Assembly (NCBI GenBank): GCA_963717255.1
Contig: CAVQVT010000014.1
Coordinates: 72,751-136,750 of the forward strand
Direction: 5' to 3'
Length of the DNA: 64,000 bases
Source: an uncultured Chloroflexia bacterium
GTDB lineage: Bacteria > Chloroflexota > Limnocylindria > Limnocylindrales > CSP1-4
The position numbers were made by a program, and so were the translations under genes. The notes below the pieces were generated by a model. That model saw only the letters and a list, made by a program, of their open reading frames with translations. It had not been told where the DNA came from and ran no database searches. Below are positions 20,064-28,274 of this stretch, piece by piece. The first letter of the stretch is position 1. The number at the start of each line of letters is the position of its first letter.

Positions 20064-21764
20064 TCAGGCCTGCCGGCTCACGGTCCAGACGCCGGTCATC
20101 GTGACGCCCTCACCACCGACGCTCGTCGTGCCCCGGATCGTGAGGACGTCGCCGTTCCGCGACGCGGTCCCGGCCATCGCCCCCTGCCCGTCCTCGCTCA
20201 CGAACTCCAGCCGGTTCCCGGCATACGTCACGTCGGCGCTCGACGGCTCGCTCTTGAGCGGCTTCCCGTTCTTGTCCTTGATGACCGAGTAGTCGATGAA
20301 GACGGTCGCCGTCCCCTTCCCCTTGTCGTCCACCGAGATGTCGAGCGTCATCGGGACCGCCTTGCCGACCAGCTGGTTCAGCGCGTCCGTCAGGTCGCAG
20401 CCCTCCTCCTCCGCCGCCTTCTCGGCCTCGGCGCGGAGCTTCGGGTCGATCGAGACGTCGGTCACGGTGAACGTGCCCGTCCACTTCCCGTTCACGTCGA
20501 TCTGCTCGTTCCACCACTCCGCCGTGTAGGGCGCCTGGCCCGTCTCGTCCCACATGTAGGCGCGCGGGTCGCCCGGGTCGGGCCGGATCAGCTTCATGTT
20601 CTCCACCGCCTGCGCGAGCGGCTGGATCTTCCCCTCCTCGTCGACGACGTACGGCTTCCCGCCGATGACGACCTCGGCCCATGCGTGGGGGGAGTCCTTG
20701 TCCACGACGTAGCCGAAGACGCCCTTCGCCGGGTAGCCGAGGGCGCGGAACATGGACACCATCGCGTTCGTGACGTCCGTGCAGTCGCCCGAGAGGTTCC
20801 CCTTGGTGAGGTAGTCGGCCGGCTTCTGCCAGCCCTTGCCCGGAGCCGTCGAGTACTTGCCCTCGAACGTCGTGGGCGAGCCGTCCGGACCGGTGACCGA
20901 GACCGGCACCGGCTTCTTGTCGGCGTTCTTCTTCAGGTAGTCGGCGACCTTCGCTGGATCGGTCAGGGGGACACCGCCGACGTTCGCCGACTGGCCCGTC
21001 TTCCGGACGGTGGGATCGTCCGGTGTCACCCACTTGGGTGCGGTCTTCTCGCTGATCGCGTCGCTCTTCACGCCCTCGCCGCCGTATGCCCACTTGATCA
21101 CGCGGTTGATGACGATGCCCGCCGCGGTGGCGGCGAGGATCGTCGTGAAGACCTCCCCCTCGAATGCCTCGACGCCGAACGTCACGGTGTGCGCGACCGG
21201 GTCGACCGTGCCTCCGGCGACCGCCCAGTGCGTCCCGGTCCAGTACGCGGCGGTGATCTGCGCCGGATCCGTCCCGACGGGGACGTTCGCCGGGTCGAAC
21301 GGGAGCGTGATGACGGCCGGCTGCGCGAACGTCGTCCCGGACGGGCCGAAGTCGTACGACTTCCCGATCGCGATCGCCGGCGCGTCGGTCGACGCCGCGG
21401 GCGCGAAGACGCTCATCCCGAACGGCGCACCGAGGCGCGCGACGACGACCTCGGTGTCCTGCGACACGCCGCCCGCCGGGACGATGACGGTCACGCCGTC
21501 CGCGGCGATCGACGCGCCGGCCGGGGTCACCGTGCTCGTGCTCACGACCTCCGTCGGCACGTCGATGACGGTCGGGGCGTCCACGACGGTCTGGACCAGC
21601 GGAGCGCTCGGGGCGGGCGTCGGGGTGATCGGCGCCGCCGTCACGGACGCGGGCGCCTGCGTGGCGCCGGCCACCGGCGATGCGGGAGCCGGCGTGGCGG
21701 TCGCGCCGCAGCCGGCGAGAAGGACCGCGGTGAGCAGGGTGGCCGCGACGGCGCGCTTCGACAT
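20064..21764 (-). CDS. Transglutaminase-like (Cys-His-Asp core) lipoprotein
   Basis: Inner part of ORF 20064..22199 from MSKRAVAATLLTAVLLAGCG (ATG 21764; lipobox LLAGC). Core GDCTDVTNAMVSMFRALGYPAKGVFGYVVDKDSPHAWAEV. Confidence 0.75.
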   Translation of the reverse strand: MSKRAVAATLLTAVLLAGCGATATPAPASPVAGATQAPASVTAAPITPTPAPSAPLVQTVVDAPTVIDVPTEVVSTSTVTPAGASIAADGVTVIVPAGGVSQDTEVVVARLGAPFGMSVFAPAASTDAPAIAIGKSYDFGPSGTTFAQPAVITLPFDPANVPVGTDPAQITAAYWTGTHWAVAGGTVDPVAHTVTFGVEAFEGEVFTTILAATAAGIVINRVIKWAYGGEGVKSDAISEKTAPKWVTPDDPTVRKTGQSANVGGVPLTDPAKVADYLKKNADKKPVPVSVTGPDGSPTTFEGKYSTAPGKGWQKPADYLTKGNLSGDCTDVTNAMVSMFRALGYPAKGVFGYVVDKDSPHAWAEVVIGGKPYVVDEEGKIQPLAQAVENMKLIRPDPGDPRAYMWDETGQAPYTAEWWNEQIDVNGKWTGTFTVTDVSIDPKLRAEAEKAAEEEGCDLTDALNQLVGKAVPMTLDISVDDKGKGTATVFIDYSVIKDKNGKPLKSEPSSADVTYAGNRLEFVSEDGQGAMAGTASRNGDVLTIRGTTSVGGEGVTMTGVWTVSRQA

Positions 21765-22009
21765 CCGGTGGCTCCTCCGAGCGCGGGACGCGAAGGGCTG
21801 GGGACCGACGCTCCGAGTGGACCCCGGCACGCGGACCCGCCGGAAGTGCCGGACGGGGAGGCCGGAGGGGACCGAATGGCGCATCCCGGCGATGCGCCGT
21901 CGCCGGTCGCCCCGGGACACGAAGCGCCCCCGCGACCGGTTCCGCGGCCCGGGGGCATGGCCCGGCGGTGGCTGCCGCCGAACGAGTGCAGCGTACTCCC
22001 ACCCTGTGA

Positions 22010-22038
22010 TTGACAGCCTCTCCCCTCCCCCGGACACT
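22010..22038 (+). promoter_or_regulatory. Candidate sigma-70-type promoter upstream of sodN
   Basis: TTGACA (22010-22015), 17-nt spacer, GACACT (22033-22038), about 90 nt upstream of the sodN ATG. The -10 element is weak. Confidence 0.3.
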
Positions 22039-22128
22039 TCGGGCACGGGCCCGACGGCGCACGATCGCGCCCCGCCGCGCCACCGAGGCGAGACCCCGGC
22101 CCGACCGCACCGCGAAGAGGGAGCCCAG

Positions 22129-22548
22129 ATGTCCCGGATCTCGTCCCTGCTCACCCCCAGGACCGTCGTCCGCGCGCACTGCGACGTGCCGTGCGGCATC
22201 TACGACCCCGCCGGCGCACTGCTCGGCGCGAAGACCGTCGCCCGGATGGTCGAGATCATCGGCGGGATCCCCGACGAGGGCCGCACCGTCGCCGATCGGA
22301 ACAAGTTCATCCGTGCCGTCATGGTCAAGGAGCAGCACGCGGAGCTCGTGAAGCGCGACATCCAGGTCATCTGGAGCGACTACTTCAAGCCCGAGCACGT
22401 GGAGAAGTTCCCGCAGATCCACGAGCTCACGTGGTCGATCCTCAAGCTGGCCGGCAAGAACAAGCAGAACGTGGACGCCGAGGCGGCCGCGCAGCTGATC
22501 GCCAAGGTCGAGGAGTTCGGCGCGATCTTCTGGGAGACGAAGAAGTAG
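22129..22548 (+). CDS. sodN: Nickel-containing superoxide dismutase precursor
   Basis: Inner part of ORF 21010..22548 from MSRISSLLTPRTVVRA-HCDVPCGIYDP (Ni-hook motif right after a cleavable leader). 139 aa. GAAGAGGGAG RBS upstream of ATG 22129. Confidence 0.9.
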   Translation: MSRISSLLTPRTVVRAHCDVPCGIYDPAGALLGAKTVARMVEIIGGIPDEGRTVADRNKFIRAVMVKEQHAELVKRDIQVIWSDYFKPEHVEKFPQIHELTWSILKLAGKNKQNVDAEAAAQLIAKVEEFGAIFWETKK

Positions 22549-22670
22549 CCCACGGGACCGACTCCGCAGGACCCGGCGGACCGGAAGGCGGCACCCCGCC
22601 GGAGCCGGGCCCGGGCGCGGAGAAGATCCGACGACGGCGGCCCTGGCGGGCCGCCGTCGCGGAGGAGAGC

Positions 22671-22991
22671 ATGTCCCCGGGGATCCTGCCCGGGGACTTC
22701 CTCCTCCTCGACCCCACCGTCCGCCGCTGGCCGCGCCGCGGCACGGTCGTCGTCATCCGCGAGCCCGACAGCGAGGTGCTCGCGATCAAGCGTGTCGTCG
22801 CGCGGCCGGGCGACCACGTGCGAACGCCCGAGGGCCTCGTCCATCTCGATCGGCACGAGGCGTGGCTCCTCGGCGACGCGCTCGACCGCTCGATCGACTC
22901 GCGGTCGTACGGCCCGGTGTCGGCCGACCACCTCGTCGCCCGGGCGTGGTTCCGGTACTGGCCGGCCGGCCGGATGGGGCGGGTCCGGTGA
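22671..22991 (+). CDS. sodX: S26-family peptidase, Ni-SOD maturation protease SodX; 5' end unresolved (coordinates start at the first in-frame ATG, which is too far downstream)
   Basis: Frame of ORF 22191..22991. RRRPWRAAVAEESMSPGILPGDFLLL...AIKRVVARPGD...GDALDRSIDSRSYGPV. The catalytic Ser (ESM) and the conserved RRRPW lie upstream of ATG 22671. There is no ATG/GTG/TTG in any frame between 22549 and 22670. Confidence 0.7.
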   Translation: MSPGILPGDFLLLDPTVRRWPRRGTVVVIREPDSEVLAIKRVVARPGDHVRTPEGLVHLDRHEAWLLGDALDRSIDSRSYGPVSADHLVARAWFRYWPAGRMGRVR

Positions 22992-23058
22992 CCCGGGCGG
23001 GGCGCGTGTCCGTGAGCGCGCCCCGGTGGGCGCCGGAGCGCGGCGCCCGGCAGGACCC

Positions 23059-23448
23059 GTGACCGGCGATCCGCGTCTCGCCGGCATCGGGCTCTCGCGG
23101 CCGGCCCACCTGGCCGCCTGTCTCGGCCTCGGGGCGGTCGTCGTCGCGGCGGACCTCCTCGTGGAACCGGTCGTCCCCGTGCTCGTCGCCCTCATCGGCG
23201 CGGCGGCGGTCGCCGGGTTCCTCCGGCCCGACGGGATCGTGGCGGCAGGTCTCGGCGTCGGGCTCGCGGTCCCCGGGGTCCGCGTGGCGGCGGCGCTGCT
23301 CGGCGTGGACCTCGCGCTCCCGACGGAACCTCCCGGGCTCCTCGGAGCGGCATCGCTGGTCTTCCTCGTCGTGCCGGCGCTGTTCGCCGCGGTGATCGGC
23401 GGGTTCGCGCGGCGCACCCTGGAAGAGGAGCGCCTCCGGCAGCGCTGA
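23059..23448 (+). CDS. Small polytopic membrane protein, hypothetical
   Basis: Tail of ORF 22792..23448 from GTG 23059. Three or four hydrophobic segments (LGLGAVVVAADLLVEPVVPVLVALIGAAAVAGFL...). No recognised family. Confidence 0.45.
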   Translation: MTGDPRLAGIGLSRPAHLAACLGLGAVVVAADLLVEPVVPVLVALIGAAAVAGFLRPDGIVAAGLGVGLAVPGVRVAAALLGVDLALPTEPPGLLGAASLVFLVVPALFAAVIGGFARRTLEEERLRQR

Positions 23449-23505
23449 CGCTGCCGGAGGCGCGACGGACGTCGAGCGGGCCGCGCGCCGTGCCGCGCGG
23501 CCGCG

Positions 23506-24513
23506 TCAGGCGGCCGAGGGGACTTCGGCGGAGGGGCCGGTCGGGTCGGCGGGCGGGAGGGTCGGAGAGCCGCGCCGGGCGAGCCGCCGCACGATGAAGA
23601 GGAGCGGCAGGAGGACGAGCAGACCCACGAGGAGGATGGGGAGCCCCACGATCGCGAGCCAGATCGCGGCCGATGCGATCGACTGGCCGAGTCCCACGAG
23701 AGTGGCCGTCGCGTCCGCGACGACGGTCGCCGGGTCCCAGGCGTTCGTGACGGCCTGGACCGGTGCCGGCGCCAGCGCGAACGATGTCGTGAGCGTCCCC
23801 TGGGCGGCCTGGTCCGCGAGGTTGTCGCGCTGCGCCTGGAGCTGCTCGATCTCGCCCTGGACGGTCGTGAGCTCGTTCTGGACCGCGAGGATGTCGGGGA
23901 TCTTCACCGCCTGCTCCATGACGCCGAGCAGCTGGGTCTCGGTCGCCCGGAGGTTCTTCAGCCGCGCGTCGAGGTCGACCACCTGCGCGGTCACCTCGTC
24001 GGCGGAGGTCTGCTCCGCCAGCACCTTGGTGCCGAGCGCGCGGAGCTGGGCGAGCGTGGCGTCCCACTTCGCCGCCGGGATCCGGAAGGTCAGGCTGGCG
24101 AACGGCCGGTCGCCGTCGAGCGAGCGCTGGGAGCCGGCCACGTAGCCGCCCGCGCCGGTGACGACGGCGGTCGCGTCGGCGATCGACCGATCGACGTCCG
24201 CGACCTGGAGGTCCATCATCCCGGTCCGGACGATCATCGGGCCCGTCGCGTTCGCCGCGTCGAGGGCCTGGTCCCCGGGGAGCGGCGCAGATTCGGACGT
24301 GCCGACAGTGCCGCCGCCTTTCGCGCCCTCCACGGGCGGAAGGGGCTGCTCGGCGATGATCGTGCCGCCGTCCGCGCCGGAGCTCGTGCGACCCAGGTCG
24401 CTGGTCGCCGCGCCGGCACACGCGGCGAGCAGGAGGGTGGTCAGGAAGAGGGCGGTCGCGGCCGCGGCGAGGGGGGCGAGGCGCTGCGGCCGGCGCGAGA
24501 TCTGTCGTCGCAT
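23506..24513 (-). CDS. DUF4349 domain lipoprotein
   Basis: ORF 23506..24513, 335 aa. Lipobox LLLAACAG. Coiled-coil middle (LDARLKNLRATETQLLGVMEQA...LQAQRDNL) and C-terminal TM, the usual DUF4349 layout. Confidence 0.7.
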   Translation of the reverse strand: MRRQISRRPQRLAPLAAAATALFLTTLLLAACAGAATSDLGRTSSGADGGTIIAEQPLPPVEGAKGGGTVGTSESAPLPGDQALDAANATGPMIVRTGMMDLQVADVDRSIADATAVVTGAGGYVAGSQRSLDGDRPFASLTFRIPAAKWDATLAQLRALGTKVLAEQTSADEVTAQVVDLDARLKNLRATETQLLGVMEQAVKIPDILAVQNELTTVQGEIEQLQAQRDNLADQAAQGTLTTSFALAPAPVQAVTNAWDPATVVADATATLVGLGQSIASAAIWLAIVGLPILLVGLLVLLPLLFIVRRLARRGSPTLPPADPTGPSAEVPSAA

Positions 24514-24661
24514 CGAGGGCCTCCGCCGGTCCCGCCGGCGCTGCTCCCGGGCTCCTGGCCCGGTTCGTCACGCAGGGGACGCCGCGACGGGGAGATGGGT
24601 TCCCGCCGCCGGGCCGTCCGGAGTGACGAGCGGCCCGGTCGTGCCCGCCGGGGCCCGGCCG

Positions 24662-25585
24662 TCAGACCCCGACGGGCGGTGCCTCCGCCTGCGCGAGCGG
24701 GAGCCCGGCCGCGCGGACGTCCTCCGCGAACGCGGCCTGCGTCTCGAGATCCACGGATCGCTTCCCGAGGAACGCGATGAGCCGGTCCAGGCCGACCTCG
24801 GCATACCGCGCGAGCGCCTCCACCCGCTCCTGCCCTTCGGTCACGAAGAGGCGGTCCGGGGCGTACAGCGAGAGCCGGAGCGTCGCCGGGTCGCGGCCGA
24901 TCTCCTCGCAGCGCTCCCGCGCGACGGCCATCGCCTCGGCGGTGGCCGCGGGGTCGAGGAAGACGAGGTTCAGCTCGTCGGCGAACCGCGCCGCGAGCCG
25001 GAACGTGACGCGGCGGCCGTTGCCGCCCACGACGATCGGGACCCGCGGGGGCTGCAGGCCCTTGGGGACGTTGATCGCGCCCTGGACGGACGCGTGCTCC
25101 CCGAGGTAGGTCGCGCGGCCGGGACCGAGCATCCGCGTGATGACCTCGAGGTGGTCCGCGAACATGGCGAGGCGCGTCGGCGTATCCGGGAACCCGTAGC
25201 CGTACGCGACCCACTCGTCCTCCTTCCAGCCGGCCCCGATCCCGAGCTCGAAGCGGCCGCCGCTCACGACGTCGAGGGTGGACGACATCTTCGCGGTGAG
25301 GGCCGGGTTGCGGAAGCCGGTGCAGACGACCATGTGGCCGATGCGGGCCCTCTCGGTGGCCTGCGCGAGGGCGCCGAGCATCGTGAACGACTCGAACGTG
25401 ATCTCGTCGGTCGGTTGCGGGACCGTGGTGAAGTGGTCGAAGACCCACAGCGATTCGAAGCCGAGGCGTTCTGCGTCGCGCGCGAGCGCGACCGACCGCT
25501 CCCAGGCGGCGCGCGGCTCCCAGCCGTCGTACTCGCCCTTCCACCCCTGCGGGACCATCAGGCCCACGTGCATGCTCATCGACAC
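24662..25585 (-). CDS. LLM-class (luciferase-like) F420-dependent oxidoreductase
   Basis: ORF 24662..25585, 307 aa. FESLWVFDHF, GHMVVCTGFRNPALTAKMSSTLDVVSGGRFELGIGAGW motifs. Confidence 0.8.
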   Translation of the reverse strand: MSMSMHVGLMVPQGWKGEYDGWEPRAAWERSVALARDAERLGFESLWVFDHFTTVPQPTDEITFESFTMLGALAQATERARIGHMVVCTGFRNPALTAKMSSTLDVVSGGRFELGIGAGWKEDEWVAYGYGFPDTPTRLAMFADHLEVITRMLGPGRATYLGEHASVQGAINVPKGLQPPRVPIVVGGNGRRVTFRLAARFADELNLVFLDPAATAEAMAVARERCEEIGRDPATLRLSLYAPDRLFVTEGQERVEALARYAEVGLDRLIAFLGKRSVDLETQAAFAEDVRAAGLPLAQAEAPPVGV

Positions 25586-25719
25586 CCTCGCACCCGCGCG
25601 GACCTGGGGGCCCGGGGCCCGGGCGCGCCCACGCAGGTCCGCGGGCGGGACCGTGCGGGGCGGATCGCGGCGGGCCGACGGGCGGCCGTCGCATCGACGG
25701 CGAGCCTATCATCGGGACC

Positions 25720-26524
25720 GTGGATCCGTCCGAGCGGGCCCGCTACCTCTCCGCGCTGAGCCAGGTCGGCGGGCGACCGGGGCGGCTCGACCGCGCCGTC
25801 CGACTCGTCGTTCGGGCCGGATCCACGCTCGTCGGCTGGCGCGTGCGCGCCGAGGGACTGGACCTGCTCCCGCGCGGACCCGAAGGGCGGATCGTCCCCT
25901 GCGTCGTCGCCGCGGCGCCGCACAGGGGCTGGCCGGACCCGTTCCTCGTCCTCCTGGCCTGGCCGCGCGACGCCCCGCGGCTCGCCTGGTTCGGCGACGA
26001 GGTGACGATGGCACGGTCGTGGTGGCGCCGGCGGCTCCTCCCCCGACTGGGGATGATCCCGATCCCGGCCACGCCGTCCGTCGCTGCGGTGCGAACGCAC
26101 CTCGACGCGGCGCGCCTCGTCCTCGGTCGCGGATGCGTGCTCGTCGTGTTCGCGGAGAAAGGGCCGCCGAGCCCACGCGGCCGGACACGGACGATCGCGC
26201 CCGGTGCCGCCTGGCTCGCGCTGGCCGGCGACGTCCCGCTCGTCCCGGTCGCGCTCGCGGGCTTCCTCGAGACCGGGCTCGGGACCCGGTTCCGCGTGCG
26301 CGTCCTCGCCCCGATCGGTCCCGGGACGGGAGCCGCGTCAGGGGGCGAGGCGACGGGCACGCGCGCCGGCGAGCCAGATCGGCGGCGCCTGCAACGCGAA
26401 AGGCCGGGCCCTGACCGCCGTGCTCGCGGCGGCGCTCGCCGACCCGGTCGCCGAGCTGGAGGCCGCCAGCGTCCGCGAGAACGGGCGCCGCCCGATGCCC
26501 GGCCTGCGCCGGCTCTTCCGCTGA
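25720..26524 (+). CDS. Lysophospholipid (1-acyl-glycerol-3-phosphate-type) acyltransferase, PlsC family; frame-shifted as assembled near 26372
   Basis: ORF 25720..27882 carries HRGWPD (HX4D) and VVFAEKG / PLVPVALAG blocks. GC3 and sense leave this frame near 26370 and continue in the frame of ORF 26204..26524 (...QIGGACNAKGRALTAVLAAALADPVAELEAASVRENGRRPMPGLRRLFR, stop at 26524). Confidence 0.65.
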
Positions 26525-26613
26525 CGGGCGCACCGGTGACGGGGCGGATGCTTTTATCTAGCACCCGGCCGCCGGCCGGCAAGGTCGCGGCCACCCGTGC
26601 GCGGCGCCGGTCG

Positions 26614-27555
26614 TCAGGCGCGCCCGACGAGCATCTCCCCCATCTCGGCGATCATCGCGAGGTCGGTCGGGATGAAGTCCTGGAGGACGATCCGCTCCGC
26701 GCCGGCGTCGGCGTAGCGGCGCACCATCGCACGCGCCTCGTCGGGCGTCCCGATCACCCAGCGCTCGCGGCGTGCGTCGAGCCAGTCGGCTGCGTCGGCC
26801 GTGCCGACCGCGCGCGCGACGGTCGCGAGTCGCTCGTCCACGGCCGCCGCGTCGCGCCCCACGATGACGCCGGCCATGACCGACCGGTGGAGCGTGGCCG
26901 GGTCGCGTCCCGTGGCGATGCAGGCGTCGTCGAGCCGCGCGAACTTCTCCCGCGCCGTCTCCGGCGGGGCGCCGCTCAGGTTGAACTCGTCCGCCCAACG
27001 CGCCGCGATCCGGAACCCGCGGGGCGTCCCGTCGCCGCCGACGACGATCGGCACCATCGGAGACGGCTTCGGCCGGAAGCGGGCGTCGTCCACGCGGTAT
27101 GCGGTGCCCCCGAAGGTCCAGCCGTCGGGCCCCTCCAGCAGGCCGCGGACGATCGCCAGCTGCTCCTCGAGGAGGTCCGCGCGCCGCTCGATCGGCGGGA
27201 ACTCGAACCCATGGCGCCGGTGCTCGTCCTCGTGCCAGCCCGCGCCCATCCCGAGCTCGAGGCGACCGCCGCTCATCTCCTGGACGGTCGAGGCCAGCTT
27301 CGCGAGGTTGCCGGGGTGGCGGAAGGTGACGGGCGAGACCAGGACACCGAGCCGGATGCGGTCGGTCTCGCGCGCGAGGCCGGCGAGGACCGCCCAAGCG
27401 TCGGTCGTGGGGCCATCGCTGCCGCCGGGGAAGCTCTCGTAGTGGTCCGACCGGAGGAAGGTCTCGAAACCGGCCGCCTCCGCATGAAGGGCGATCGCGA
27501 GCTGGTCGGCGTAGGAGAGCCCCATCTGGGGCTCGGTCATGAGGGCGAAGCGCAT
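26614..27555 (-). CDS. LLM-class F420-dependent oxidoreductase (second paralog)
   Basis: Inner part of ORF 26614..27687 from MRFALMTEPQMG (ATG 27555). FLRSDHY, VSPVTFRHPGNLAKLASTVQEMSGGRLELGMGAGW. Confidence 0.8.
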   Translation of the reverse strand: MRFALMTEPQMGLSYADQLAIALHAEAAGFETFLRSDHYESFPGGSDGPTTDAWAVLAGLARETDRIRLGVLVSPVTFRHPGNLAKLASTVQEMSGGRLELGMGAGWHEDEHRRHGFEFPPIERRADLLEEQLAIVRGLLEGPDGWTFGGTAYRVDDARFRPKPSPMVPIVVGGDGTPRGFRIAARWADEFNLSGAPPETAREKFARLDDACIATGRDPATLHRSVMAGVIVGRDAAAVDERLATVARAVGTADAADWLDARRERWVIGTPDEARAMVRRYADAGAERIVLQDFIPTDLAMIAEMGEMLVGRA

Positions 27556-27678
27556 CGGATCCTCCTGGGGTCGGACGGCGTCCGCACGGTACACCCGCGA
27601 CGCCCGCCGGGCGGGCGGGGCGGCGGGCGGGCAGACGCGGGGCGCGGGAGCCGGGGTCACGGGAGCCGATACTTCAGG

Positions 27679-27707
27679 TTGACTCAATCATTCAGGTCGC
27701 CTATCCT
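27679..27707 (+). promoter_or_regulatory. Candidate promoter of the MarR-MFS-Rieske unit, giving a (nearly) leaderless transcript
   Basis: TTGACT (27679-27684), 17-nt spacer, TATCCT (27702-27707). The GTG start of the MarR gene is at 27716, only 9 nt after the -10. Locally AT-rich. Confidence 0.5.
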
Positions 27708-27715
27708 TCCCGCCC

Positions 27716-28267
27716 GTGACCCACCCTGCACCGCCGCCCGTGCCCGCCGCGAGACGCAAGGCGCCCGCGCCGGCAGCCGCCGCCTCCGCGACGGACGCGG
27801 CGCTGCGCGCCGACCTCGGCGACCGCCTCGCCCGTGCGCTCGCGCGCCGGCGGGGCGAGTACGTGACCGGCCTCGTACGTGACGGCGTGAGCGCGGCCCA
27901 GATGAGCGTCCTGCTGCGGCTCAGGTATCTCGGCGACGTGTCGATCACGGGGCTGGCGGACCTCCTGGGGCTGGGCCTCCCGAACGTCACCGGGCTGGTG
28001 GACCGGCTGGAGGAGCGCGGCCTGGTCGAGCGCCGGCGCGACCCCGCCGACCGGCGGGTCGTGCGCGTCCACCTGACGGCGGCCGGCGGCCGTATCCCGG
28101 ACGGGATGGAGGGCCTGCAGCGCGACGTCCTCGGACGCGTCCTGCAGGCGATGGACCGCGAGACGCTCGTGCGATGCCTCGCCGTCCTCGACGAGGTCGA
28201 GAAGGAGGCCGGCCCCGCGCCATCCGATCCACGATGCGCCGGTCGCGTCCGGCGTGAGAGTGCCTGA
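27716..28267 (+). CDS. MarR family transcriptional regulator
   Basis: ORF 27716..28267, 183 aa. Winged-helix block QMSVLLRLRYLGDVSITGLADLLGLGLPNVTGLVDRLEERGLVERRRDPADRRVVRVHLT. Confidence 0.85.
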   Translation: MTHPAPPPVPAARRKAPAPAAAASATDAALRADLGDRLARALARRRGEYVTGLVRDGVSAAQMSVLLRLRYLGDVSITGLADLLGLGLPNVTGLVDRLEERGLVERRRDPADRRVVRVHLTAAGGRIPDGMEGLQRDVLGRVLQAMDRETLVRCLAVLDEVEKEAGPAPSDPRCAGRVRRESA

Positions 28268-28274
28268 GGAGAGC

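Noticed and set aside
18565-21000. Lower-GC patches (18.6-19.1 kb, 20.1-21.0 kb, 59.6-59.9 kb, the cyd genes) as possible horizontally acquired islands.
   Set aside because: There are no flanking tRNA, integrase or direct repeats. The dips coincide with secreted or membrane proteins rich in Lys/Ile/Phe/Tyr codons, and codon periodicity stays the same as in neighbouring genes.
21765-22128. A riboswitch (for example ydaO/c-di-AMP type, known upstream of cell-wall enzymes) or small RNA in the 364-nt region between the transglutaminase lipoprotein gene and sodN. I also checked the other intergenic regions longer than 140 nt for tRNAs.
   Set aside because: I could not find the conserved ydaO core segments or any cloverleaf-compatible sequence by eye. 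A covariance-model scan (Infernal/Rfam, tRNAscan-SE) would be needed to exclude them properly.
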